Part shown: in pieces, positions 20,592 to 30,857 of the stretch
How the letters are laid out: each line of letters starts with the position of its first letter
Position numbering within the stretch: position 1 is the first letter of the stretch
Assembly (NCBI GenBank): GCA_963745075.1
Contig: CAVUWV010000024.1
Location: 1-64,000, forward strand
DNA from: Candidatus Hydrogenedentota bacterium
GTDB lineage: Bacteria > Hydrogenedentota > Hydrogenedentia > Hydrogenedentales > SLHB01
DNA length: 64,000 nucleotides
Reading direction: 5' to 3'
Position numbers and translations under genes: made by a program
Notes under the pieces: model-generated
Told to the model about the DNA's origin: nothing
Database searches by the model: none
What the model saw: only the letters and a program-made list of their open reading frames with translations

Positions 20592-22010
20592 TCACCCGTC
20601 CGGCGCGGCAGGCAGTTCGATGATGAAGGTGCTGCCCTTGTTGGGTTCGCTGATTACGCGCACGCGGCCCCGGTGCATCTCGACGATCCGCTGCACGATG
20701 GACAGGCCCAGACCGCTGCCGGGGACGTCTCCCGTTTGATCGTGTTTGGGCTTCAGGCGCACGAATTCCTGGAAGAGTTTTTTCTGATCCTCCGGCGCGA
20801 TGCCAATCCCGTTGTCTTCCACTTCAATTCGCACGTAGCCTTCATGTCTGCGCGCGTGGACGACGATTCGCCCGCCCAGCGGCGTGTACTTGATGGCGTT
20901 GGTAATCAGATTCGCCACGGCTTCGTGAATGAGCCGCTCGATTCCCCGCACTGCTAGACCGTCGTCGGTGTCCAACGAAATCTCGTGCATGTTCCTTTGC
21001 GCGAGGTCCTCATTCTCACGAATCACGGTGAGCAACAGATCGCCGACATCGATGGAGCCCGCATGGTTGCCCACTGCGTCCGAATCGAGCGAGGCGAGGA
21101 TTTGGAAATCGCGCAGGAAAGTCGACAAATCGTGCAAGCGGGCCTGGCACCGTTTCACCCAATGGGCCTGCTGTTCGGTAAGTTCGCCGCCGGCGCCCAA
21201 CGTCAGGTTGTTCAGGAGCATGGTCATGGCATCGGCCGGCGCTTTGAGATCGTGCAGCGTCACGTGCAGGAACGCGCGCCGCATTTTCGAGAGCCGGGTC
21301 AGCTCCGCGTTGGCTTCACTGAGCCGCCGTTCGCCCTGCCGAAGCATGCGCGTGAGGCTCGCGACGAGGAAGGTGGCGAATGCCATGAGGATTCCTTGCA
21401 CGACGAGCACGGTTACGACGTATCGTCCATCCAGCAACGCGGCGCTGTTCACGGCGCCAACCGGAGTCAGGGTGGGCAGCCAGCCGAACCATTGGCCGAG
21501 CACCAGACCCGCAAACATGAGATATCCGAGCAATGCGTGAACGAAAGCCGACCGGGGCGACAAGAGCAAGGGCGCAAGAATCACGTGGATGAGGTAGAAC
21601 GCTTTGAACGGGGAGTTCGCCCCGCCTACCAGCCAAAGCAGGACCGTGAGAAACACAAAGTCCAGGAAAATGGTCGTGTGCATCAGGCCTGCCAGCAGCC
21701 GGTGGGGCGGGACCCCGCGCTCGAGCCCGTGGTATCGCCGGGCCACGAGGAATACGGGCAGCGCGTAGAAGGCCAGCAGCAGGGCCAACAGCAGGAAGGG
21801 AGGGGCCTCCAGATCCGTAATACGCACAACGTCGCGGGCAAAGAAGATCCCAAAAACTATCGCGATGACGATGAGAAACCGCGCGATCGAATGGATGTAA
21901 AGACGCGTGCCTAACAGCCGGTCGTGAAACAGCGCCACGAGCCCTTCGCCGCTGTCCACCTCGCCGCCGCCATTGGGCTGGGAGGCTGTGTGTCTACCCC
22001 CGAACGTCAT
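20592..22010 (-). CDS. Membrane sensor histidine kinase (orphan)
   Basis: ~6 TM helices; HisKA HDLKAP; N-box NLITNAIKY; DNGIGI; GSGLGL. Confidence 0.92.
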   Translation of the reverse strand: MTFGGRHTASQPNGGGEVDSGEGLVALFHDRLLGTRLYIHSIARFLIVIAIVFGIFFARDVVRITDLEAPPFLLLALLLAFYALPVFLVARRYHGLERGVPPHRLLAGLMHTTIFLDFVFLTVLLWLVGGANSPFKAFYLIHVILAPLLLSPRSAFVHALLGYLMFAGLVLGQWFGWLPTLTPVGAVNSAALLDGRYVVTVLVVQGILMAFATFLVASLTRMLRQGERRLSEANAELTRLSKMRRAFLHVTLHDLKAPADAMTMLLNNLTLGAGGELTEQQAHWVKRCQARLHDLSTFLRDFQILASLDSDAVGNHAGSIDVGDLLLTVIRENEDLAQRNMHEISLDTDDGLAVRGIERLIHEAVANLITNAIKYTPLGGRIVVHARRHEGYVRIEVEDNGIGIAPEDQKKLFQEFVRLKPKHDQTGDVPGSGLGLSIVQRIVEMHRGRVRVISEPNKGSTFIIELPAAPDG

Positions 22011-22167
22011 ACTTAATGCCCCCCTATCTACTTAGTATGACCGGGAACGCGTGATTCGCGCAACCCGCTTGCGGGGAATAGGGGCGCGGAGCCGGAAATC
22101 CTGTTGCCTTTTTGCGTCCGGCGCGCGATACTGAAGCCGCAGGCAAGCGATCCCGGAGGGGACGTCG

Positions 22168-22497
22168 ATGTTGCTGAAGCAGGTGTACAAGAACGACGAC
22201 TGGCTCTTCAGCATCTACGCGAACACTGACGGAGCCATGGTATTGGTCGCGGTGGTGCCCGCGGTCATTTGGTACGAAGTGGCCATGGTGCTTGATGAAG
22301 ACGAGCGGGCCTTGGTTGGGGCCGGCGACAAGGGAGACCTCATCTTGCTTGCCCGAGACTTCGTGGCCTCGCGCGAGATGCCGATTTATCGAGGCCGCAA
22401 GATTCCCATCCGGGACATCGATACCACAACGATCGAGGTCGACGACGCCTATTTGATACCATCGCCGGTCCGATCCAGACCCATGGACACGCGTTGA
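22168..22497 (+). CDS. Hypothetical protein
   Basis: 109 aa ORF with GGAGGGG RBS filling the intergenic gap. Confidence 0.55.
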   Translation: MLLKQVYKNDDWLFSIYANTDGAMVLVAVVPAVIWYEVAMVLDEDERALVGAGDKGDLILLARDFVASREMPIYRGRKIPIRDIDTTTIEVDDAYLIPSPVRSRPMDTR

Positions 22498-22504
22498 CGC
22501 GCCC

Positions 22505-24862
22505 TCACTTTTCCAGCCGGAAATCGTCGAACACGCCGCCGTCCCGGCCGTTGGGCAGGACTTCCCGCGCTTCAAAGCTCAATTTCTTGCCGTCCACGGC
22601 CACGTGAATGTAGTGATACCGATAGTATTCGCCCTCGTCGGGTTCGTCGGAATCCGCTACCGCCGGGTGGTCGGGAATGTCGATCTGGCCCCATTCGTAA
22701 TATTTGTGGTTGTCCAGGCTGGCGCCGCCGCCGCCCGTGATGATGTACGCCGTATTGTTGCCTTCGTGGGTTTCGGCGTTGAATGGCGGATGGGGGAGAC
22801 CGCGCTCGTAGTCGTGGGTGTGCCCTGCGAACAGGATGTCGACGCCATGCGTTTCGAGGAGTGGGACCAGGCTGGTGCGCAGCGGCGGTTCGCCATCGTA
22901 GTATCCGCCGGACCACCCTTCCGAATACGGGGGTTCGTGGATGAACGCAAAGATCCAGTCGTAACGGCCCTCGGCATTCTTTAAGTCTTCTTGAATCCAT
23001 TTGAACTGTGGATCGTCGGGACTGATTACCCAGTCCTTTTCGGGCAACGTCGGATCCACGATGTCGAACCGATTCCCGTCGATAAACAGGAAATGGGCGT
23101 TGCTGTAGTCAAAGCTGTACCAATACTCATTGCTGCCCGGCACCAGCGTCGGATGGGCTACATACTGTTCAAAGGCCGGTACCGACGGCCCTTCGCTTCC
23201 GCCGTATTCGTGGTTGCCGATCGCCACGTAGCTCGGCCATTTGTACGACCAGTGGCGCACGGGAATGAGGTACTGTTCGGTCCACTGGTTCCACTCGGAA
23301 CCCCGTCCCACCACGTCGCCCACGTTCAACACCAGATCTGCGTCCGCCTTGGTCATTTGGAGACAGACCCGCTCGCACATGCGCGGGTCCGACCGGTTAT
23401 CGCCCCACACCAGGAACGAAAAGGCCCGCTTGCCGTTGGGCGCGGTGTGCAGCTTGAAGATGTCCGTGGCGTAATGTCCCGACACGACGCGATACCGGTA
23501 CGTCGTATCCGGCTTCAGGTCGGTAAGGTCTACTTCGCGAATCGTTTTGGACTGGCTCGAGTCGTCCGTCCGCTTGGTCAGTTCGTGCTCACCGTATTCG
23601 ATGTGCGAGGCCACCGGCGCGCTGGTTTCCCACATGATGGTCGCCCGATCGGTGCGTACATCTTGCAGGTAGGGTGACAGCATGATGATGGGAGACTTCG
23701 CCAGCATGGCGTCGACCCGGTCGAGCACCGTCAACGCTTCGGAGGCCATCTTGGGGAACTGCACTACATCTTTCTGGGCGTTTTCCAGCAAGTCGACCGC
23801 GTGGTTCAACGTGGGCATCCAATCGGCGCCGGGCTTGTCGTGAATTTGCAAGACCCGGTCGATGCCCAGCATGCGCTTATTGAACGTTTCGAGGTCGAGT
23901 TCCGCCGAATCCATGTCGGCGAAGCGCCATTGAAGCCAGCGCAGCCGGCCGTCTCCCCACTTGTTGAGAATGCGCAACGCCACCAGAACCTCATCGCCCG
24001 GTTTGACGTTGGCGGGTATGGCAAAGGCCGTGCCATTGGACGGGGCCGGGGCCTGCTTCAACTCCACGCCGTTGACAAAGACGCGGCCCTCGTCGTCCAT
24101 CGAGCCGCGGAGGTGCAACGCCTTGCCTTCCGTCGGGATGCCGCCCATTTCCGTCGGTACCGTGAGCTTCGCGCGGTACCAGCACTCCGTATGCTGGTCG
24201 GGCCAATGAAAGTCTTTGCCGCCCGTCTCCCACGCGGAGTCGTCAAAATCCGGTTGCGCGACGGTATCCGGCGCCTTCACCTTAACGCGCCATGGAACGT
24301 CTGCCGCGTCGGCCGACGGAATGGGGATAGAACGGACCACCGCGGAACGACGTGCGATGTAATCATTGAATCCGTGCGGCTCGGCTTCCAACCGCGCTGC
24401 TATCAACTGTCCGGGTTGGTCGCCGTGCTGCACTGCGATGGCTACGTCCGTCGCCTTGCCCTGCTGGATCGGCACGCGCAAGGTCCCTTCATCGCCGCCT
24501 TTTCGTTCCGCCACTTGCGTTCCGTTGACGACCACCCGGGTCGGGCCCCGGCTTTCCACGACCAGAACGACTTCGCGCCCGTCGAACCGCTCGGGGACGG
24601 TCACCTTTTGCAACCAGTAGGCCATAGGACGTGGCCGTTCCAATTGCCATGGCAGCTTGACGACCGCGAGGCGTTTCCAGTCCACCGTTGGTACCGGATT
24701 GTCCACGCTATCGACCGCCAGATATCGCCACTCAGGGAGCGCTTGCCTCGCAATGTGGTCGTAGTCCCAGACGGTGAGGGTTTCCTGAGGCATGGCCTTG
24801 GCCGATTCCATCGACGTGACGGCGAATAGCAACAAGGCGAATGTGAACCGACGATACTTCAT
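22505..24862 (-). CDS. Secreted purple acid phosphatase-like metallophosphoesterase with N-terminal sugar-binding-like and FN3 domains
   Basis: Signal peptide MKYRRFTFALLLF; GDNR, GDVV, GNHE, HEPPY, GHTHDYER motifs; FDDSAW..WYR..DDEGRVFVNG jelly-roll motif. Confidence 0.85.
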   Translation of the reverse strand: MKYRRFTFALLLFAVTSMESAKAMPQETLTVWDYDHIARQALPEWRYLAVDSVDNPVPTVDWKRLAVVKLPWQLERPRPMAYWLQKVTVPERFDGREVVLVVESRGPTRVVVNGTQVAERKGGDEGTLRVPIQQGKATDVAIAVQHGDQPGQLIAARLEAEPHGFNDYIARRSAVVRSIPIPSADAADVPWRVKVKAPDTVAQPDFDDSAWETGGKDFHWPDQHTECWYRAKLTVPTEMGGIPTEGKALHLRGSMDDEGRVFVNGVELKQAPAPSNGTAFAIPANVKPGDEVLVALRILNKWGDGRLRWLQWRFADMDSAELDLETFNKRMLGIDRVLQIHDKPGADWMPTLNHAVDLLENAQKDVVQFPKMASEALTVLDRVDAMLAKSPIIMLSPYLQDVRTDRATIMWETSAPVASHIEYGEHELTKRTDDSSQSKTIREVDLTDLKPDTTYRYRVVSGHYATDIFKLHTAPNGKRAFSFLVWGDNRSDPRMCERVCLQMTKADADLVLNVGDVVGRGSEWNQWTEQYLIPVRHWSYKWPSYVAIGNHEYGGSEGPSVPAFEQYVAHPTLVPGSNEYWYSFDYSNAHFLFIDGNRFDIVDPTLPEKDWVISPDDPQFKWIQEDLKNAEGRYDWIFAFIHEPPYSEGWSGGYYDGEPPLRTSLVPLLETHGVDILFAGHTHDYERGLPHPPFNAETHEGNNTAYIITGGGGASLDNHKYYEWGQIDIPDHPAVADSDEPDEGEYYRYHYIHVAVDGKKLSFEAREVLPNGRDGGVFDDFRLEK

Positions 24863-25096
24863 TGCTTCATTACCTTCCATTGCCGGACCTTGCAGATGTC
24901 CGATGCACTGTTTTACAGAACGCATTGCGGAATGCCTAAGCGCCGGGTCATCGCGCCCAGTCAGCATTGTCCGCGATGAACGGCGCCCGGACTTCCCATT
25001 AGGGCGCTTTTGAGTGCAGTTATGGCGCGTCCCGATGTTCAACGTTTCACGATCGCGCCGTCGTCCAATACATGGTTGATTCCGTACCCGTCCCGG

Positions 25097-27368
25097 TCAC
25101 TCGGTAATCAAGCCGTAATACCGCGCCATGTAGTACGGGAGCAGGTAGAACGTGCCCTCGTATTCGCATTTGCCCTCCCCGCCGGCATCGAGATCGAAAT
25201 GGTCGGAGTTGATGCGGATGTGCGAGCGCTCCTCGATGGGCACCGCGTCGCCCGTCAAGAGCCAACCGTAATTCGGGCGTTGCCGCAACGTTGGGTCGAG
25301 ATACACGTCAAGGCGTTGGCTGTTTTTCATGCGCCAGTCAATGAGGAGCTGCGGCGTGCGCACCAGGGTCTTTACCGTGCGATCCAGCGTTCGTTCGCGT
25401 TCGGTTTTGGCCTCTTCCGGTTTTGTTTCGAGTCCGTCTTCCGGATGTAAAGCCAGCCAAACCGTGTTGAAGAACGGATCGTTCTGCCGCGCGAGGAAGA
25501 GCCAGTTGTTGTCGAGCGACAGCTTGTACAGCCGTTTCATATCCGGGTCGTTCTCGTACTCGATCAGCCCATAGTAGCTGAGGAAAGCCAGGTTCGGATC
25601 CCACGGCACGACTGCGGCCGGTGGCCATGTGCTGCGGCCCTTGATGGCGTTGATGTCGTAGTCGTGCTCGTCACGAAGATAGGCCGCGGCCTTCGCAAAT
25701 TTCTTGTCGCCGGTGATGTGGAGCGCCACGTTCAGAAACGAGAGGATTTCGATGGACTGGATGCCTCGGTCCGCCCAGCCGTGTTCGCCGTTGACATATG
25801 CCGGGGACCAGTTCGCCCAGCGCGTGGGCTTGCCGTCGTGATCGACCAAGGTGTATCCGTGATCGACGATATGGTTGGTCAGCGCGCGGACGAGGTCGAC
25901 GACCTCCTGCCGTTCCGTGTCGGTTTCGCACACGTAGTCGTAGTATGTTGCGAAGAAGAAATAGTGCCCGCAAATCTCGTCGCTGCTGGTATCGCATTTC
26001 CACCAGTACTTGCCGTCTTTGCTGAGCGGCCAGCGCGGCACGATGTTTTTCCAGAGCGGGTCTTCCTTCTGCATTGCAAGATTCTGTTTTTCGCCGAAAC
26101 GCAAGTTCGGATCTTCGTTGCCTTCCACGGGAATGATGGAACGTGCGGGGAATCCGGGAATTCCCGTGACGTTAAAGAGGAGCTGTATTGCATCAAAGAT
26201 TCCCTTCGCCCGCTCTTTGACCGCGGGGTCTTTGGTGAGCGCGTAGCGATAGGCCTGGGATGCGCCGTACATCGCCGTGTAAAGACCGTCGTTGTCGGTA
26301 GCCCGCTGGGATGCCGTTTTGAGCGCGCCGGGCTCGTCGAAGTAGCAGCGCAGCACGAACTTGTCGAGCCGGTGGTGGCGCTCGTCAATGATATGCTCGA
26401 ACGCGTCGGCCTTTTCCTCCAGGGTTCGGACGGTGCGCGTGATGCGGCTGATACCGCCAGGCGTGGCGATCCACGCGGTGCCGTCGTCGGTCACGGCGAT
26501 GTCGTTCACGTGGTCGTCCGGGAATCCACCGTTTCCCGGCGCGGTAGAGCCAGTTCTTGCCGTCGTAACGAATCGCGCCCCATTCCGTGCCAAACCATAT
26601 AACGCCGGGTTCGCCGGCGTCCGCGCAGGTGAAGTGGGCGTAGGGGAGGCCTTCCTGGCCGGTAAAGAGCGACCACTGGTTGCGGGCGTATTGTGCGGCG
26701 CCGTCGTGGGCCGCCATCCAAAGCGTTCCGTCGCTCGCGGCAAGCGCGGTCACGTCGGTTGGCGCCCAGTTGTAGCGTTCGTCTTGCGGAAATAGCGCGC
26801 TGGGTTTGGCGCGCCAACCTCGGAGGTCAATGTGAAGCAAGTTGCGATCCGTACCAAAATAGAGGTTGTCGCCAACCTCCGCAATGGAGAGAACCGGGTA
26901 GTCCCCGCGGAACAAGCGGCTCTTGCGATCTTTGCCGAAGATCCAGATGCCTTCCGTGGTCCCGACATAAACGCTGTCGCCGGACGCGGCCAGCGCCGTC
27001 GCGGTGCCCCGGGGGATTCGTTCGGTGTCCGTCGTATCGCCGACGTGAATCACGCGATCGCCGCCGGCAACCCAGAACGTGTTCGAGCCATCCGTCGCCG
27101 CATCGAGTAGGGACGGATCGTGGACGTCGCGCAGCCACTGTGCTTCCCAGTGGCTGCCGTCGAATCGCGCGTATCCCTCCTGCGTGAGAGCGACGGGGGT
27201 GCCGTCGGACAAGAGCGTGATGGCGTGAATGTCCAGGTTCGGCAGGCCGTCTTCGGTGGTGAAAGTCGTAACGTCTTCCTGCGCATAGGTTTCAACGTAC
27301 GGTGCTGGATCGATCGGCGCCTCGGGAACTGCGGCAGTGAGACCCAGAATGAATACAAGAGTTGTCAT
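25097..27368 (-). CDS. Secreted beta-propeller + helical-barrel-like hypothetical protein, frameshift at ~26525
   Basis: ORFs 26385-27368 (FTTEDGLP, GVIWFGTEWG propeller blades) and 25097-26743 (DNDGLYT, WKCDTSSDE) overlap and read through at KRWIP/DDHVNDIAV. Confidence 0.7.
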
Positions 27369-27572
27369 TGGAACCTCCGGTGATTATGCAAAGGGGCAAT
27401 TATGAAGGGTGCGGAAGGATGGTGCAAGTGCACGCGGACTGTGTGGGGCGTCGGAACGATGGATGGTCTAAATGGACTGAGTGGACATCATGGGCGGTTC
27501 ACCCGGACAAGTCTACACAGGGTGTGATTGTGCTCGGACGAAATCATGGGTGCAGGAACGTGCGCGAATGAC

Positions 27573-27800
27573 CTACTCCACTTCCCCAAGAATCACGACG
27601 TAGTTCTTGCCGTATTTCTTGGCGCATTTTGGGCAGGCCGTGTACCACGTGAGGAGTTTCTTGACGGCCAGGCCTTGCGATTTCGCATATTGTTACGAAG
27701 TCCCCGCACCTGTCGCCGGTCTCCTGGAAAGGGCCCTCGTAGACTTTGCTCAGAAACTTTCCGCCGACGGTCACGCCTTCGATGTTCTGGCACACAAATC
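27573..27800 (-). pseudogene. C-terminal fragment of a small conserved 'hydrolase'-annotated protein
   Basis: GKFLSKVYEGPF... then shifted frame WYTACPKCAKKYGKNYVVILGEVE*; family recognised from memory; N-terminal part absent. Confidence 0.5.
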
Positions 27801-28047
27801 AGTCCACGATGCGTTGGCGCTTGAGACCTACCGAATACTATGCAATTTCGTTTCCCGCTGTAAATGACAAAGCCGTTCGGTATTTGGACCAAAATAACCT
27901 GGATTTAGTATGTCGCTTCTAATCGCCGAGGCCGTTACACCGTTTGTTGTTCATACGAAACCTTGGTATCGTAGTGCCGATTGTCTTTCTGCAAGCAGTA
28001 TCGCGCCCTTTCTTGATATGCGGGGCGAACCATCAGGAGGTACCGGC

Positions 28048-30558
28048 ATGAATGCGAAAAACAGCGAAGATCCCGCCGGACAACGCAACTCAACCGCCAC
28101 GTCTGGTGCGGACTCCAAAAAGGGACCATCCCTTGACGAAACCCTAACGCGGCTTTCCTGCACGACGGAAGGTCTTTCTTCCGCCGACATTGACGCCCGG
28201 GTAAAGGAGTACGGCCACAACGAGATCGTCGAGAAGAAAGTCAATCCCTTTCTGAAGTTTCTTACCTACTTCTGGGGTCCCATTCCCTGGATGATTGAAG
28301 TGGCCGCGATTCTTTCCGCGGCCGTGGCCGATTGGACCGACTTTGGCATCATTCTCGTGCTTTTACTCGGGAACGGTGTGGTCGGGTTCTGGGAGGAGTT
28401 TCAGTCTGGAAACGCCATCGCCGCGCTGAAGGAACAGCTCGCCTTGGAAGCGCGCGTCAAGCGCGACGGCAAGTGGACGGGGGTTACGGCACGGGAGTTG
28501 GTCCCCGGCGACGTGATCCGCGTGCGTCTCGGCGACATCGTTCCCGCTGACGCGTTGTTGTTTGACGACGACGTGCTCGAAGTCGATCAATCGGCCTTGA
28601 CCGGCGAGTCGCTGCCGGTCAGCAAATCCGAGGGCGAGGTGCTTTACAGTGGAAGCATCATTGACAAGGGCGAGGCGGACGCGCTTGTCTATGCCACGGG
28701 TGCGAAAACGTATTTCGGGAAAACCGCGGAGTTGGTCGAATCCGGGCGTACGGCCAGCCATTTCCAGAAGGCGGTCTTGAAGATTGGCGACTTTCTGATT
28801 GGGGTGGCACTTGTGCTGGTCGCAACCATTTTTGGGGTGGCCCTGTTTCGGCACGAGTCCATCTCGACCACACTCCAGTTCGCGCTGGTGTTGACCGTGG
28901 CCGCGGTGCCGGTGGCGATGCCGACCGTGCTTTCGGTCACCATGGCGGTGGGCGCGCGTTTGCTGGCCGGCAAGCAGGCCATCGTGAGTCGACTGGCGTC
29001 CATCGAAGAGCTTGCGGGGATGGATATCCTGTGCTCGGACAAGACCGGCACCCTGACGCAGAACAAACTGACTCTCGGGGAATCGTTCCGACTTGGCTCG
29101 GTTTCGGAAGATGAAGTGATCCGTATGGCCGCGCTGGCAAGCCGAGAAGAGGACCAGGATACCATCGACCTCACGATCATCCGCGCGGCGAAAACCGAAG
29201 CGGATCCAACCGCGTATCAGGTTACCGATTTCCTGCCCTTCGACCCGGTGGCTAAACGCACGGAGGCGACGATTCAGGGTTCGGATGGAAACACCTTCAA
29301 GGTTTCCAAGGGCGCGCCGCAAGTTATCCTGGCGCTGGTCGACAACCCTGACGAAATTCGCCCGAAAGTGGATGCGGCGGTGCAAGAGTTTGCCGAGCGC
29401 GGGTTCCGCTCGCTCGGCGTCGCCCGGACGACCGGCCCGGACGGTTCGTGGGAGTTCCTCGGCGTGCTGCCGCTGTTCGATCCGCCCCGCGAGGATTCGA
29501 AGGCAACCATCCAAACGGCCGGCGACATGGGGATCAAGGTCAAGATGGTCACGGGCGACCAGCTCGCGATCGGAAAAGAAATCGCCGGCCAGCTTGGCAT
29601 GAGCAAGAACATCCTCGATGCAGAACTGCTCTCGGACGTGGGGTATCACCAGGCTCGCAACGTGGATGCACAAATCGAGAAAGCGGATGGCTTCGCTCAG
29701 GTTTTTCCCGAGCACAAGTATCACATTGTCGAAGTGCTGCAGAAGGCGGGCCATATCGTCGGCATGACCGGCGATGGCGTGAACGACGCCCCCGCCCTCG
29801 GCAAGGCGGACGCGGGCATTGCCGTTTCCGGAGCGACCGATGCTGCGCGTGCGGCGGCCTCCATCGTACTGTTGACGCCGGGTCTCTCCGTGATTATCGA
29901 TGCCGTCAAAGAGAGCCGGAAGATCTTTCAGCGGATGAACAGCTACGCGACCTATCGCATCGCAGAGACGATTCGTGTGCTCTTGTTCATGACGTTGGCC
30001 ATCTTGATCTTCAATTTCTATCCGGTTACGCCGGTCATGATCGTGCTCTTGGCCTTGCTGAATGATGGCGCGATACTCTCCATCGCGTACGACCGGACCC
30101 ACTATTCGGACGAGCCGGAGCGATGGAACATGCCAGTCGTGCTCGCCATCTCGACGGCCCTCGGCATCGCGGGGTTGTTTGAATCGTTCGGGCTGTTCTA
30201 CCTGGGCGATCGATACTTTCACTTGGATCGCAGTTTCTTGCAGACGCTGATCTACTTGAAACTGTCCGTCGCGGGGCATTTGACGATCTTTGTCACCCGT
30301 ACCCGCGGGCCGTTCTGGTCTGTGCCGCCTGCACGGGTGTTGTTGGGCGCGGTGTTTGGCACGCAAGCTCTCGCAACGCTTATCGCCGTGTACGGTTTGT
30401 TCATGACGCCCATCGGTTGGAAGTGGGCCGCCTTCGTGTGGGCTTTCGCGCTGGTCGGATTCATCGTCGAAGACGTCGTGAAGCTGGCGATGCACCATGT
30501 CCTCGACCCGGAGACACCGAGCATTTTGCACACCAAGAGCGAAAAGACCGCGGCGTGA
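28048..30558 (+). CDS. Plasma-membrane-type proton-efflux P-type ATPase (type IIIA)
   Basis: AGGAGG RBS; FWGPIPWMIE, LTGES, PVAMP, CSDKTGTLT, FLPFDPV, KGAP, DPPR, GDGVNDAPAL, LLNDG motifs. Confidence 0.93.
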   Translation: MNAKNSEDPAGQRNSTATSGADSKKGPSLDETLTRLSCTTEGLSSADIDARVKEYGHNEIVEKKVNPFLKFLTYFWGPIPWMIEVAAILSAAVADWTDFGIILVLLLGNGVVGFWEEFQSGNAIAALKEQLALEARVKRDGKWTGVTARELVPGDVIRVRLGDIVPADALLFDDDVLEVDQSALTGESLPVSKSEGEVLYSGSIIDKGEADALVYATGAKTYFGKTAELVESGRTASHFQKAVLKIGDFLIGVALVLVATIFGVALFRHESISTTLQFALVLTVAAVPVAMPTVLSVTMAVGARLLAGKQAIVSRLASIEELAGMDILCSDKTGTLTQNKLTLGESFRLGSVSEDEVIRMAALASREEDQDTIDLTIIRAAKTEADPTAYQVTDFLPFDPVAKRTEATIQGSDGNTFKVSKGAPQVILALVDNPDEIRPKVDAAVQEFAERGFRSLGVARTTGPDGSWEFLGVLPLFDPPREDSKATIQTAGDMGIKVKMVTGDQLAIGKEIAGQLGMSKNILDAELLSDVGYHQARNVDAQIEKADGFAQVFPEHKYHIVEVLQKAGHIVGMTGDGVNDAPALGKADAGIAVSGATDAARAAASIVLLTPGLSVIIDAVKESRKIFQRMNSYATYRIAETIRVLLFMTLAILIFNFYPVTPVMIVLLALLNDGAILSIAYDRTHYSDEPERWNMPVVLAISTALGIAGLFESFGLFYLGDRYFHLDRSFLQTLIYLKLSVAGHLTIFVTRTRGPFWSVPPARVLLGAVFGTQALATLIAVYGLFMTPIGWKWAAFVWAFALVGFIVEDVVKLAMHHVLDPETPSILHTKSEKTAA

Positions 30559-30615
30559 TGCGGAAGTGAGAATCCGCACCTGTCTTAGGTTTGTGAGTGA
30601 AAGGATTTGGGGATG

Positions 30616-30779
30616 AAGACGACAGGCGAGGGCGCCTGTCCCACACGTTCGACTTGAACGACGAGGCCTTTCGCGAATTCCGTCGCGGTCCTTCGCCTAT
30701 TCAGATGCTTCAAGATGAAAGACCCGTATCGTCGTGCTTGGCAGGCAAGTGTGGGACAGGCGCCCTCGCCTGTCGTCTT
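30616..30779. repeat. GTGG-type REP-like inverted doublet
   Basis: AAGACGACAGGCGAGGGCGCCTGTCCCACAC (30616-30646) and exact reverse complement (30749-30779). Confidence 0.85.
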
Positions 30780-30791
30780 TCGTACGTTGGA

Positions 30792-30834
30792 GAAAAATTG
30801 AAGCCCCGCCGGGTAGGATTCCCAGCGGGGCTTC
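30792..30834 (-). terminator. Rho-independent terminator of the HEAT-repeat gene
   Basis: GC-rich stem GAAGCCCCGC..GCGGGGCTTC followed by AATTTTT on the minus strand. Confidence 0.65.
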
Positions 30835-30857
30835 GTCATGTTCGGGCTTATGTCGCG

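Noticed and set aside
27455..27495. TGGAC-rich short repeats (also near 39365-39405)
   Set aside because: Too short and degenerate to support a call.
27607..27867. 86-aa plus-strand ORF
   Set aside because: The opposite strand carries a recognisable gene remnant.
28363..30579. Long antisense ORFs (e.g. 28363-30579, 12025-13938, 57910-60084, 55603-57306)
   Set aside because: Shadow ORFs opposite well-supported genes, expected at high GC.
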